In this document: positions 19,381 through 28,249 of the stretch, in pieces
Numbering within the stretch: position 1 is the first letter of the stretch
Layout of the letters: the number at the start of each line of letters is the position of its first letter
Source of the DNA: a virus
Taxonomy: Duplodnaviria; Caudoviricetes
DNA: 64,000 nucleotides
IMG/VR virus record: IMGVR_UViG_3300049009_000874
Span: 64,001 to 128,000 of that record
Direction: 5' to 3' (one strand)
The notes under the pieces: generated by a model
The model's input: only the letters and a program-made list of their open reading frames with translations
Database searches by the model: none
Told to the model about the DNA's origin: nothing
Translations under genes and position numbers: made by a program

Positions 19381-19539
19381 ATGAAAATTCCAGTCGTGAG
19401 GAAATCGTGGTTTCTGTGTGACATGTGCGACGACTGGTATTGCTCGATCCACGACACGCACGTTTGCGACTGTCGTTGCCCTCCAATCGAGGAATGGGAC
19501 TACGACCCAAGGAACGGCGAAAACATGGGGAAGCCATGA
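19381..19539 (+). CDS. Small Cys/His-rich protein
   Basis: CDMC..WYC.IH..H..DC.CPP, 52 aa. Confidence 0.6.
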   Translation: MKIPVVRKSWFLCDMCDDWYCSIHDTHVCDCRCPPIEEWDYDPRNGENMGKP

Positions 19540-19727
19540 AAAAATCTACGATAGACAGAAGTGGGGTTGTCAGATGCCTGGGATGGTGCAACAAGAACTT
19601 CTTCAGCCTTGATAGGTTCTCCATCAGGTTCTGCAAGAAATGCACCGAGCGCAAGGAGGGTGAGATCAAGAAGTCTTGCATCAAATCCGGCAGACTGACA
19701 CTGGAAGACGACAATGCTGGTTCTTAG
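19536..19727 (+). CDS. Small zinc-ribbon protein
   Basis: CLGWC...CKKC; ATGA overlap. Confidence 0.6.
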   Translation: MKKSTIDRSGVVRCLGWCNKNFFSLDRFSIRFCKKCTERKEGEIKKSCIKSGRLTLEDDNAGS

Positions 19728-20097
19728 CCTGATGATGGCTCTGGTTGCACAGAAGGATTCTGGCGTCTTCATGCCGTTCATGAAGCCAGACGTCATAAGC
19801 TCGTCCCAGGTTCTAGTCCACTACAAGTGCATAAGCAAATGGGAAAAGTCGGCATCATACATACCAGTCTACGTGGGTTCGGAGATGGTAGGCGCCGGGA
19901 TTCTTTCTCACGTCGGCAAGGACGGTTGGGCTTACGCCAAAATATACTTCAAGTCTGAAGTCGATAAAAATTGTGATCTAAGGGCTAACCTCAAGGTTCA
20001 CAGTTGCAACTTCAAGCAGGATGGCTGCTATTGGCAAATCGAGGACGCTTCAATAACCAAATTCGTTTTGGTCAAAAACGGAGCAAAGTTTGACTGA
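19714..20097 (+). CDS. Hypothetical exported protein
   Basis: Hydrophobic N-terminus, operon position. Confidence 0.6.
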   Translation: MLVLSLMMALVAQKDSGVFMPFMKPDVISSSQVLVHYKCISKWEKSASYIPVYVGSEMVGAGILSHVGKDGWAYAKIYFKSEVDKNCDLRANLKVHSCNFKQDGCYWQIEDASITKFVLVKNGAKFD

Positions 20098-20957
20098 TGA
20101 TAAAAACAAGCGAAAAGTGCTGCGTCTACATATTAAACGAAAGCCCAATATACCATGCCATGTACTCGGTGTCCGTGAGGATGTTGAGGCTTCACAACCC
20201 GGACGTGAAGATAATACTGTACTATGTTCTCGATTCCAACTCAGACTCCTGGTCGGAGAGCAGCGGCTTGTACGGTCAGATAGATTCCGAGAACGCAAAG
20301 AAGTATATGCTTTTGACCAGATTGGAGATCGAGGAACTGTCGGCTAAAATGGGGGTGGAGGTCAGGGTCAGAACGTTGACGTACAGATCCCAGAACTACG
20401 CTCCCATACAGAGATCGCTTCTCTATGATCTGGAATTCACGGATGTCCTTCTTCTTGACGTTGACACCTTTTTTTTCGGAGACATCAGTCGGGTTTTTTC
20501 GTTACTCCCCGACAAGGATTTCATTGCCTGCCCGATGGCGGCTCTCAACAGGGCTGAAAACTCTATAGAAAATCAGAATATGATGTTCGTGTACAGGCGT
20601 CAAGATTCGGTCGTCAAAGAGGTGGTGAAGCCATTCAATTCTGGAGTCGTCCTGTGGAGGAGGTCTCTCTTGTCCGAATACGCTAGATCTGTTCTCGGCT
20701 ACTGCAATGAGTTGCTCCACAAGAAACACCCGATGTCCGACATGATGTATGCCCTCAGGGAAGATGGGCGGTCAAGAGAGGAAATCGCCTGCAATCTTTT
20801 TGTCTTGGAGAACGGGCTTTCGGCTTCCCTCTTTGATCCCAGTGACGTCGCCATAGCCGAATACAGCGAGAATCTATGCATTCTTCACTCATCCAGCTCT
20901 GGATTTCCCTATTTCTTCGCCAAATTCGCCCACGAAGGCAAGCTCGTGCCCAACTGA
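20097..20957 (+). CDS. GT-A fold glycosyltransferase (GT8-like)
   Basis: LLLDVDTFF (DxD), FNSGVV. Confidence 0.75.
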   Translation: MIKTSEKCCVYILNESPIYHAMYSVSVRMLRLHNPDVKIILYYVLDSNSDSWSESSGLYGQIDSENAKKYMLLTRLEIEELSAKMGVEVRVRTLTYRSQNYAPIQRSLLYDLEFTDVLLLDVDTFFFGDISRVFSLLPDKDFIACPMAALNRAENSIENQNMMFVYRRQDSVVKEVVKPFNSGVVLWRRSLLSEYARSVLGYCNELLHKKHPMSDMMYALREDGRSREEIACNLFVLENGLSASLFDPSDVAIAEYSENLCILHSSSSGFPYFFAKFAHEGKLVPN

Positions 20958-21047
20958 TTCTCACCGAATGACGCTAGTTGCGGGTTAAATTGCCGCAGAA
21001 ATGTTTATATATTTCAGTAGTTCTTTACTTTTGCAAAAGGAGAAATT

Positions 21048-21266
21048 ATGGCTACTTATACTGTAAATTTGTCACCAGCTTTGGTGAATTTGGGCACTGA
21101 AGGGTCTTTGGATACATCCGTTACCGGTGGTAACTCGATCCAAAGAACTGTTCATGGAATGTATTTTCATGAAAGCGGTGAATTTAAAATGGCAGGTCGC
21201 GTTTCAGATGGTGGAACTTTCACTGATACTGTCGCAACCGTTGCAGATCTTGATTTTATAGTTTAA
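21048..21266 (+). CDS. Small, probably abundant late/virion protein
   Basis: AAGGAG RBS, TATATA upstream, own terminator, T-ending codon bias. Confidence 0.75.
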   Translation: MATYTVNLSPALVNLGTEGSLDTSVTGGNSIQRTVHGMYFHESGEFKMAGRVSDGGTFTDTVATVADLDFIV

Positions 21267-21290
21267 TCTTAAATTTAAGATGAGGTTATC

Positions 21291-21325
21291 AAAAAAGCCA
21301 GGACATAAATGTCTCTGGCTTTTTT
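21291..21325 (+). terminator. Rho-independent terminator
   Basis: AAAAAAGCCAG..CTGGCTTTTTT hairpin. Confidence 0.8.
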
Positions 21326-21378
21326 CTTGCACATATGTGAGATTTGAGTCAGAATGTTCGTAACGGAGGATTTTACTT

Positions 21379-21612
21379 ATGCCAGAAAAAAATGATTTCA
21401 TGCAGGTCGCAGCCATATCGGTTGCGGTGATTTGCGTCGTTCTGATATACGCTTTTTTCCTGACTTTGCCGGTGTGGTGGTTGTGGAATTCGATTATCCC
21501 GGAAATAACCAATGGGAGGTTGAAGGAAATAACCTTCGTCCAGGCTTTGCAGCTAAACCTTTTGTTCGGCATAGTGTTCCGAATATGGATGCCGCACAAG
21601 TCCGCAAAGTGA
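21379..21612 (+). CDS. Small membrane protein
   Basis: GGAGGA RBS, two hydrophobic segments. Confidence 0.7.
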   Translation: MPEKNDFMQVAAISVAVICVVLIYAFFLTLPVWWLWNSIIPEITNGRLKEITFVQALQLNLLFGIVFRIWMPHKSAK

Positions 21613-21627
21613 GAAGCGTTCAATCAA

Positions 21628-22383
21628 ATGACATATGCCCAGACGTCACGTTTTTTGATGTTGAGGAGTGATGTCCACTTCGGTGATGTCCTCATAATTT
21701 TAAATGTAATCTACAACATTTCCATTCACGAAAAATCCAAGATACATCTGTTCTGCGACAACAGAAGGGGTCTGGTCGAGGAATTGATGTCGGTCTTCGA
21801 TTACGAAGGAAGAATAGAGCTGGTCGAACATATAGATTGCGAACTATGTGTCGACTTCAAGTTGGGCACATTCCTGAATACGGCTGAATATCCGAGTTGG
21901 TCCGGCGAATTTTTCGGGAAGTCCACGATTGATCCTTTTCCCCTGGAAAGGTTCGTGCTTCCCGGATTAAAAATGAAACTTTCCAAGATCGGACGATACA
22001 GGTGTTGCCAGCTTGACGGAAGGTCGCCGCAGGCTGAAAAGCCATTGATGACCGAACTTGAATTGGGTCGCATATTGGCGCGGTTCTGTAGGGGCGTGGT
22101 TTATCATGTTGGGGGGAAAGACCGCGTGTTCAAAATGAACGGCGTCCGCAACTATAACGGAAACCCCAAGGAACTGTCGCAATTCATATATGGGTGCGAC
22201 ATGTTCTTCGGTATAGACAGCGGGATGTCGCATCTGTCTGGGACCTTGGGGGTTGAATCGGAGGTGTTCATTCAGTCAAGGATCGAAGGTTACGCCTCAT
22301 CCGTGGAGGACGCGTACCGTTTCATGTATCCCACGGTCAGAACGCACAGGAGAGAGTCCATTTCCCACAATCTCCTTTTCTGA
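21628..22383 (+). CDS. GT9-like glycosyltransferase, paralog 1
   Basis: HFGDVL, FFGIDSGMSHLSGTLGV. Confidence 0.75.
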   Translation: MTYAQTSRFLMLRSDVHFGDVLIILNVIYNISIHEKSKIHLFCDNRRGLVEELMSVFDYEGRIELVEHIDCELCVDFKLGTFLNTAEYPSWSGEFFGKSTIDPFPLERFVLPGLKMKLSKIGRYRCCQLDGRSPQAEKPLMTELELGRILARFCRGVVYHVGGKDRVFKMNGVRNYNGNPKELSQFIYGCDMFFGIDSGMSHLSGTLGVESEVFIQSRIEGYASSVEDAYRFMYPTVRTHRRESISHNLLF

Positions 22384-22395
22384 AGAATATTGCTG

Positions 22396-22423
22396 TTGAC
22401 TTGGTTTTTTATTCTGATACAAT
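22396..22423 (+). promoter_or_regulatory. Sigma70-type promoter
   Basis: TTGACT-16 nt-TACAAT with TG extension. Confidence 0.6.
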
Positions 22424-22467
22424 GATTTTGGCTGATTTGTAGCCGATTTTTTTTTTCAAAGGAGTGA

Positions 22468-22734
22468 ATGATGAAGAAGTATCTTTTGGTTTTGGCTGTG
22501 GTTTCTTTTTTCAGTTTTGGTTCTGCCGAGGCAGGATGTCGTGGCGGACTGCTTAAGAGCAAGGCTCGTGCAGGTTCTTGTGGTTCCTCTTGCGGGGGAT
22601 CTAAGATTCTTCATGGTCAGATTCTAGGCTCCAGATCATCTGGTTGCGCTTCCGGGTCGTGTTCTGCGACCAAGGCTTCTGAGAGCAAAGGTTCTGAAAA
22701 GCCAAAGCCAGCCACGGTTCCAAGCACCAAGTAA
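22468..22734 (+). CDS. Secreted Cys/Gly/Ser-rich small protein
   Basis: AAGGAG RBS, signal peptide ending AEA, SCGSSCGG and GCASGSC. Confidence 0.8.
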   Translation: MMKKYLLVLAVVSFFSFGSAEAGCRGGLLKSKARAGSCGSSCGGSKILHGQILGSRSSGCASGSCSATKASESKGSEKPKPATVPSTK

Positions 22735-22769
22735 TCAATAAGTAAGCACGTTAAAATATTTGTCGAACC

Positions 22770-22797
22770 AAGGAGCGTTTAAAAGCGCTCCTTTTTT
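22770..22797 (+). terminator. Rho-independent terminator
   Basis: AAGGAGCG..CGCTCCTT plus T-tract. Confidence 0.8.
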
Positions 22798-22866
22798 GTT
22801 TGAATATAGCCGATGTTCTTGGCGGTTCGACCATCGAGTTTTGTTGCGGCAAAGCATATATATGTC

Positions 22867-23289
22867 ATGCGGAATATTTCGTTTAAGGACTGGATGTTGT
22901 TGCAGGAGGGGAAGACTTCTGGAAAGACCGTCCTGTATCCGATGGGATACGGCGGCATAGGTCTCTACCCATTGCAGACATATCTACCAGGTTCAGCCGA
23001 TGCCATACTTTACATATCCATAGATGACAGAGTCTACAAAAATGGCGATGGAGCCCCGTTTGACATAAGCCATCTTCCTGGACCGAAATGCTGGAAAAAC
23101 CCGAATTCCGGAACAAAAGCCCCGTTCGACATACGCCACATACCCGGTCCGGAGCCATACAAGAACCACAATGGGGCTGGAACCAAGGCTCCGTTCACGA
23201 TAAAGCACATCAATGGACCTGAGCCGCACAATAACCACAATGACGCCGAGGATGGGAGTCCTTTCCCCATAAAACATCTCAAAAAATAA
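22867..23289 (+). CDS. Repeat protein with capsid-targeting-like N-terminus
   Basis: MRNISFKDWMLLQEG; four PF.I.H[LI](.GP) repeats; ATATATA 4 nt before ATG. Confidence 0.75.
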   Translation: MRNISFKDWMLLQEGKTSGKTVLYPMGYGGIGLYPLQTYLPGSADAILYISIDDRVYKNGDGAPFDISHLPGPKCWKNPNSGTKAPFDIRHIPGPEPYKNHNGAGTKAPFTIKHINGPEPHNNHNDAEDGSPFPIKHLKK

Positions 23290-23343
23290 CCGTTTTCACG
23301 TTTCTATTTGAACTTCGATACTTAATTATAACGAGGTTTAAAA

Positions 23344-24306
23344 ATGAAAATATCGCATTCAAGGTGGAACAAGATCGACGAAAGCAAGAGGAGAATCGAT
23401 TACTCTTCCAACAAGAGGTTTATTTGGCTTGAGACAGAATCCGTCTGGAAGGAAGTTTCCCTCTCCAAGGTCGAGATATCTCCCATATATGGCGATCTAA
23501 CGGTCGATTCCCCATGGGAAGGCAATTGCGAGAAGAAGCCGTGGAACTACAAGGTGACGGCTGTAATACCTTGCCTGAACACGTCCGAGACGCTCAAGTG
23601 CTGCATAGAGCTATTGAGGTTGCAGACAGAGCGACCGTTCATAATGATCATAGACACTGGAAGCCAGCAGGACCATCTCGGGAAAACTCTGGATCTCCGG
23701 GACGAAGACGTCGAGGTCCACAGCATATCTCTCAACGGGGTGTTGCATCCTTCGGACTACCCGGCGATGGCTATGGATCTGGCTATGACCTTGTGCCGAT
23801 CGAAATTTATGTTTGCGACCCATGCGGATGTTTTCCTCAAGAGAAGGGATTTCCTTGAGCACCTTTCTGGGATTTGCGAGAAAGGTTTCCCTGTGGCTGG
23901 GTACGAGATCAGCCCAAGGGCTCACAGCGACTGGAAAGGTATGATATCCCATACCGCCACAATGTACGACATGAAGGTGATGGACAGGATCGGATTCGGA
24001 TGGAGCCTGAGAAGGCTGTGCAACGAGTACGACATTGTCGACTACAAGCCTGACCCCATGCGACCTAGCTGGCCAGACACGGAGATACTGGGGAACTACA
24101 TACTCAGGAAGAACAACGTTTTGACCAAAATCATAGGTCATGAGCAAAACCAGGAGAGGACGGACGACGAAAACATCGACCATTTTCGGAGTTACACCTC
24201 TGGCAAGATGTACAGTCCGCCGCATTTCAAGAAAACTAGAGCTTGGTTCGAGGACGCAATCTTGAAAGCAGAGAGAAGAATAGAATCTTGGAAGGGCGAA
24301 TCGTAG
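23344..24306 (+). CDS. Glycosyltransferase family 2
   Basis: VTAVIPCLN, IMIIDTGS, THADV. Confidence 0.8.
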   Translation: MKISHSRWNKIDESKRRIDYSSNKRFIWLETESVWKEVSLSKVEISPIYGDLTVDSPWEGNCEKKPWNYKVTAVIPCLNTSETLKCCIELLRLQTERPFIMIIDTGSQQDHLGKTLDLRDEDVEVHSISLNGVLHPSDYPAMAMDLAMTLCRSKFMFATHADVFLKRRDFLEHLSGICEKGFPVAGYEISPRAHSDWKGMISHTATMYDMKVMDRIGFGWSLRRLCNEYDIVDYKPDPMRPSWPDTEILGNYILRKNNVLTKIIGHEQNQERTDDENIDHFRSYTSGKMYSPPHFKKTRAWFEDAILKAERRIESWKGES

Positions 24307-24346
24307 GCATGGCTGGAAATTACAGTGTACAGCAGTAAATACCAAC

Positions 24347-24958
24347 ATGATAGAAAAGAAGAAGGTCTTGGTCCTCAACAAGTCTTGGATACCAGTTTCG
24401 GTCCTCAGTCTTGATAAGGCTCTCATCAAGCTTTTTTCGCAATACAGCGATGGTGTTCCTAAAGCTTTAATCGTAGATTGCGCAAATGATTTCAAGACCA
24501 TGCCGTGGTCTGAATGGTCGAAAATCACGCCTTCCGATGGCGAGGAAAGCTTGAGGTCGGTCAACGCAGCATTTAGAATCCCATCGGTTATACAGCTGAC
24601 CAAATACGATAAGACCCCAGTCTACAAGTCCAAATACTGCCGCAGGACGGTCTACAGGCGTGACGGGAATCAATGTCAGTATTGCGGGGAAAAGCCCGGA
24701 ATTCCGAAACTGACTATAGACCACGTGGTTCCCAGAAGCCAGGGAGGCATGACGACATGGGCGAATTGCGTGCTGGCATGCATCGGCTGCAACACGAGAA
24801 AGGGTGGCATGACTCCGGCTCAAGCCAAGATGAATTTGTTGAGACAGCCTAAAGTGCCAAAAATGAATTCTCTTAAGTGCGATGTGAAAGTTGAAGGGTG
24901 GGAGCCTTTCCTTGGTGTCGGCTATTGGATCGTGGAACTTGGATGCGACGAAGCTTAA
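24347..24958 (+). CDS. HNH endonuclease
   Basis: VLVLN, RD...CQYCG, TIDHVVPRSQGG, NCV.AC..CN..KG. Confidence 0.92.
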   Translation: MIEKKKVLVLNKSWIPVSVLSLDKALIKLFSQYSDGVPKALIVDCANDFKTMPWSEWSKITPSDGEESLRSVNAAFRIPSVIQLTKYDKTPVYKSKYCRRTVYRRDGNQCQYCGEKPGIPKLTIDHVVPRSQGGMTTWANCVLACIGCNTRKGGMTPAQAKMNLLRQPKVPKMNSLKCDVKVEGWEPFLGVGYWIVELGCDEA

Positions 24959-25869
24959 ACGCCAAGCTTTTGATGCTCTCTAGGCTTCAGTTCATAGTCG
25001 ATGTAGTTTGTTTCGATGATACTCAGAAGCCTGGAGCTGTCTTTCTGTGACAGACCGAGAGAGTTGCTCATTCTCCTCACGATTTTTTCGTTCTGCAAGA
25101 AGAACATCTCGACATCCCTCTTTTTTATGTCTTCCGAGACCACCCTAAGACCAGCTTCGTCGAACATCTTTTTGTATGTCGCAGAACCGTCCAATATCTT
25201 TCTTGTAGTCCTGCTAGAGATTCCGAGAGTAGACAGTTCTTTCTCCGAGAAAACAAGATGCAGAAATGCCTTGTTTATTTGCTCCGAAAGGTGCGTGCCG
25301 TTCCTGGACGTCATTGGGTGGCATCTGGCGTATATCTTGCCTTTGTTAGTCAGGGAGTTAAGTTGGCTCAACCAGTGAACTGGCTTCTCTAGGTGGTCGA
25401 TTATGTCGTTCAGTATGATCACGTCGAACGGAGCCCATTGCTTGACAAGCTTGAAGTTTTCGGTGTACAGCAGATTCTTCTCTGGTTCGCCCGTGTTGAT
25501 TCCTTGGCAAGCGTTGACGTCATAGGAGACCACATGTTTTGCTCCGAAATTTACTTTTATGGCTCTGGAGAAGTTGGGGTCGTGGCTTCCGAAGTCCAGA
25601 ACCGTCTTGTCCTCGACCGATTCTCGAACCAATTCCTTGATGGTCTGAGAAATAAACAGTTCTGGGGATTCCTCCCATGGTTCAGCTTCTGGCCAGTTTG
25701 GGCTTTTCACCTCCATTCTTAATTCTGTCAACTCCGATAGCCTTTCTTGGGCTGGGGCAGCCATGCCGGACGCCACACCAGATACTTGTCCGTCGAGCAT
25801 TTTGTTGAAGAACTTTATCATGTGTTCGCAGGCTTTTATGTATTCTTTGATTTGCTTCGAGGTGTTCAT
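24955..25869 (-). CDS. Class I SAM-dependent methyltransferase, paralog 1
   Basis: VLDFGS, FDVI..NDIIDH, RCHP; similar to 43036..43923. Confidence 0.75.
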   Translation of the reverse strand: MNTSKQIKEYIKACEHMIKFFNKMLDGQVSGVASGMAAPAQERLSELTELRMEVKSPNWPEAEPWEESPELFISQTIKELVRESVEDKTVLDFGSHDPNFSRAIKVNFGAKHVVSYDVNACQGINTGEPEKNLLYTENFKLVKQWAPFDVIILNDIIDHLEKPVHWLSQLNSLTNKGKIYARCHPMTSRNGTHLSEQINKAFLHLVFSEKELSTLGISSRTTRKILDGSATYKKMFDEAGLRVVSEDIKKRDVEMFFLQNEKIVRRMSNSLGLSQKDSSRLLSIIETNYIDYELKPREHQKLGV

Positions 25870-25915
25870 TTTTCGCCCTTTTTCAAGCAGTGAGACCTAA
25901 TTTCCATCCGACACA

Positions 25916-25936
25916 TTTGTTCCGAGTCGGAACAAA
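25916..25936. promoter_or_regulatory. Perfect palindrome, candidate operator or parS-like site
   Basis: TTTGTTCCGA-G-TCGGAACAAA between divergent genes. Confidence 0.5.
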
Positions 25937-26017
25937 ATTATTCGCGCAAGGCTGGGGAATTTTTGCTTTTATGAGCAAATCCTTCTCCTCTAGTAGATAG
26001 AGTTAAAGGGGTGAAAA

Positions 26018-26554
26018 ATGATAACGGGATTCGACAAGCCAATCATGGTTGGCTTGGTTTTCGACATGGATGATTTTAAGATCGGCAGTAGTTTCGCACA
26101 CAAGGAAGTGAAGCGTTCGTTGATCAAATTTGCTCAAAAAATAGGGATGAACTGTAGGATGTATGTCTCCGGCAACGAAAAATTGCCAAGCACTTGCGGG
26201 GAGACAGTCCAGCAGATATTTTCCTATCAATCGTCGAAAGACATGGGCAAATTTGGAAAAAAGATGTCTGACTGCCTAAGCGAAGTCGGTTTCGCCGAAG
26301 AATCCAGCAAGTACATATTCGTCCTGACAAACAGGTATGTGAAATCGGAGATGTACCAGTACAAGAAGAGCCTCAAGCTTAACGAAGACAAAAGCCTTGG
26401 TTGCAAGTTTGTTTTCTTCGAGATGGGACGGCACACCGTGGAACTTCAGGAACTTGTTGGGGCATACGAAAGCGCGGAATACCACCCCGTCAACAGCATG
26501 GAATATTTTGATCTAATCATAAAAAAAATACTCGAGGAGACCGGAAATGGATGA
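26018..26554 (+). CDS. Hypothetical protein (possible degenerate vWA fold)
   Basis: Alternating beta/alpha pattern GLVFD, YIFVLTN, FVFFE. Confidence 0.6.
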   Translation: MITGFDKPIMVGLVFDMDDFKIGSSFAHKEVKRSLIKFAQKIGMNCRMYVSGNEKLPSTCGETVQQIFSYQSSKDMGKFGKKMSDCLSEVGFAEESSKYIFVLTNRYVKSEMYQYKKSLKLNEDKSLGCKFVFFEMGRHTVELQELVGAYESAEYHPVNSMEYFDLIIKKILEETGNG

Positions 26555-27344
26555 AAAAGTTTTGAAGAATTCAAATTTGAATTTTAACGGATTCAGCAGC
26601 ACAAATCCAAACTACATGGCTGCCGTAGAGATCATAGTTCCGTTTTATGGTCAATACAACAAGATTTCTAGGCTCATAGATTCCATCTTCAATACGGTGA
26701 ACAACAACAGGTATCAACTGACCCTGGTCGACGATGGATCTCCAAACGAAGGGTTCATAGAGCAAATCAAGGAAAAGGCTATGCCTGGTCTGCACTGTTT
26801 GAGGTTGAAGAAAAACTCCGGGTTCGGCGCGGCTGTCAACTACGCCTTGGAGAACTGCATCAATGACTGGATACCATTCGTGTGCATAATGCACTCCGAC
26901 ACGATGCCAGTCGATTCATCTTGGCTTTCCCAGCTTGGGTCTTTCTTGAATCAAGTCAAGAAAGACAACATCAAGATGGTGTCTCCAAGAAGCGGGGTCT
27001 TCAACGATGAAATGAAGCATCTCCAGACGGAAAGGTCTGTCAAGTCGGAAGACCGAATACTTTCCAGCGAAGAGTATCTGCCGATGTTCTGCTCCCTTGC
27101 CCACAGGGATTTGTTCAAGCATGTCGGCAGGTTTCAGGAATTTCCTTTGGCTGGATGCGAGTCGATGGAATACGCCATGAGGATGAATTCCATGGGATTC
27201 AAACAGGCTGTGTCGGGCAAGAGCTGGGTGGAGCACGAGGGCAGAGGAACCATCGACAGTCTTGACGGCAAAATGAAAGAAATGTTGCGAAAGACCCATG
27301 ATGAGTTCGTCGCGTCCTTGAATACTACGGTTTCGAAAGTATAG
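26547..27344 (+). CDS. Glycosyltransferase family 2
   Basis: IIVPFY, LVDDGS, NSGFGAAVN, IMHSD, VEHEG. Confidence 0.85.
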   Translation: MDEKVLKNSNLNFNGFSSTNPNYMAAVEIIVPFYGQYNKISRLIDSIFNTVNNNRYQLTLVDDGSPNEGFIEQIKEKAMPGLHCLRLKKNSGFGAAVNYALENCINDWIPFVCIMHSDTMPVDSSWLSQLGSFLNQVKKDNIKMVSPRSGVFNDEMKHLQTERSVKSEDRILSSEEYLPMFCSLAHRDLFKHVGRFQEFPLAGCESMEYAMRMNSMGFKQAVSGKSWVEHEGRGTIDSLDGKMKEMLRKTHDEFVASLNTTVSKV

Positions 27345-27383
27345 ATACTTGTAGTTCCATGCTCTTTTCAACAAGGAGGAAAA

Positions 27384-27530
27384 ATGCGCTGTAAAAAAAC
27401 AAACGGATCTTACACTACAGTAACCTGGAGATACTTCTATCCGCAGTGTCCGAAGCTTAATGTCTTGTGTTCGTCCACACGTGGCGCTTATGTTGCCGCG
27501 ATCACAGTTTGCACTCAGGCTCTTCTATAA
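27384..27530 (+). CDS. Unannotated 48-aa Cys-containing peptide
   Basis: AGGAGG RBS; MRCKKTNGSYTTVTWRYFYPQCPKLNVLCSSTRGAYVAAITVCTQALL; ATAGATA upstream, terminator downstream. Confidence 0.7.
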   Translation: MRCKKTNGSYTTVTWRYFYPQCPKLNVLCSSTRGAYVAAITVCTQALL

Positions 27531-27545
27531 CTGATTGGGCAAAAC

Positions 27546-27580
27546 AAAAAGGCAACAGGTTTATCCTGTTGCCTTTTTTT
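27546..27580 (+). terminator. Rho-independent terminator
   Basis: GGCAACAGG/CCTGTTGCC stem with T7. Confidence 0.85.
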
Positions 27581-27642
27581 CGTAATTGCATTACTATGAT
27601 TGAAGGTTAAAATTCCAATGTTTTTTAGGGATGGAAAACAAA

Positions 27643-27825
27643 ATGCTAATTTTGTCGCGCAAGCTCAACGAAACGATAGTGATCAACGACAACATAAAGG
27701 TGACCTTGGTCGAGTCATCGAACGGAAAAGTCCGGCTCGGAATAGACGCCCCGCCAGAAGTACCAGTTTATAGGCAAGAGATATACGATGCTATCCAGTC
27801 AGGGAAAAAAATCGTTAAAGGCTAA
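27643..27825 (+). CDS. csrA: Carbon storage regulator CsrA, copy 1
   Basis: MLILSRK.NE.I.I.DNI, VRLGIDAP.EVPVYRQEIY. Confidence 0.95.
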   Translation: MLILSRKLNETIVINDNIKVTLVESSNGKVRLGIDAPPEVPVYRQEIYDAIQSGKKIVKG

Positions 27826-28018
27826 GAGTTGCCCGAGCTGTAAGGCTTTTGTCGGAGAAAAATTCTTTTTCGACTCTGAACTCAACATGATATGTGGGTT
27901 TTGCGACAATTTCGTCTTCTCGATGAGTGAGCAAAGCCCGCAAGACCAATCCTGCAAGGCAAGACATTCCGAAAGAAGAAATTTTGAAAACAAAGAAAAT
28001 CTGAAGCACATTCCTTAA
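27788..28018 (+). CDS. Small zinc-ribbon protein
   Basis: CPSC...CGFC. Confidence 0.5.
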   Translation: MLSSQGKKSLKAKSCPSCKAFVGEKFFFDSELNMICGFCDNFVFSMSEQSPQDQSCKARHSERRNFENKENLKHIP

Positions 28019-28249
28019 CTTTTGTTTACGAATCTTATTTCTGTAATAAGATTGTTGCATGAAGTTCATCTGTTTTCCAAAATCCAAGTTCAAGACAACT
28101 TCAAATCGGCTTCCTTTTCGTGAGGAAGCCAGAAAGTGAATTGTTCCAACGGACATGGAAGGAAGGCAGTTGACATGGGATACTGTTTTTGATAGTTTTC
28201 CCTCTGGCTTAGACATGAGGTCGATTTTTTACTTTAAAGGAGTTTTGTC

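Noticed and set aside
27384-27530. Ribosomal protein L33-like identity for the 48-aa peptide
   Set aside because: Size and YTT/CP are suggestive but the L33 K/R pattern and Cys spacing do not match
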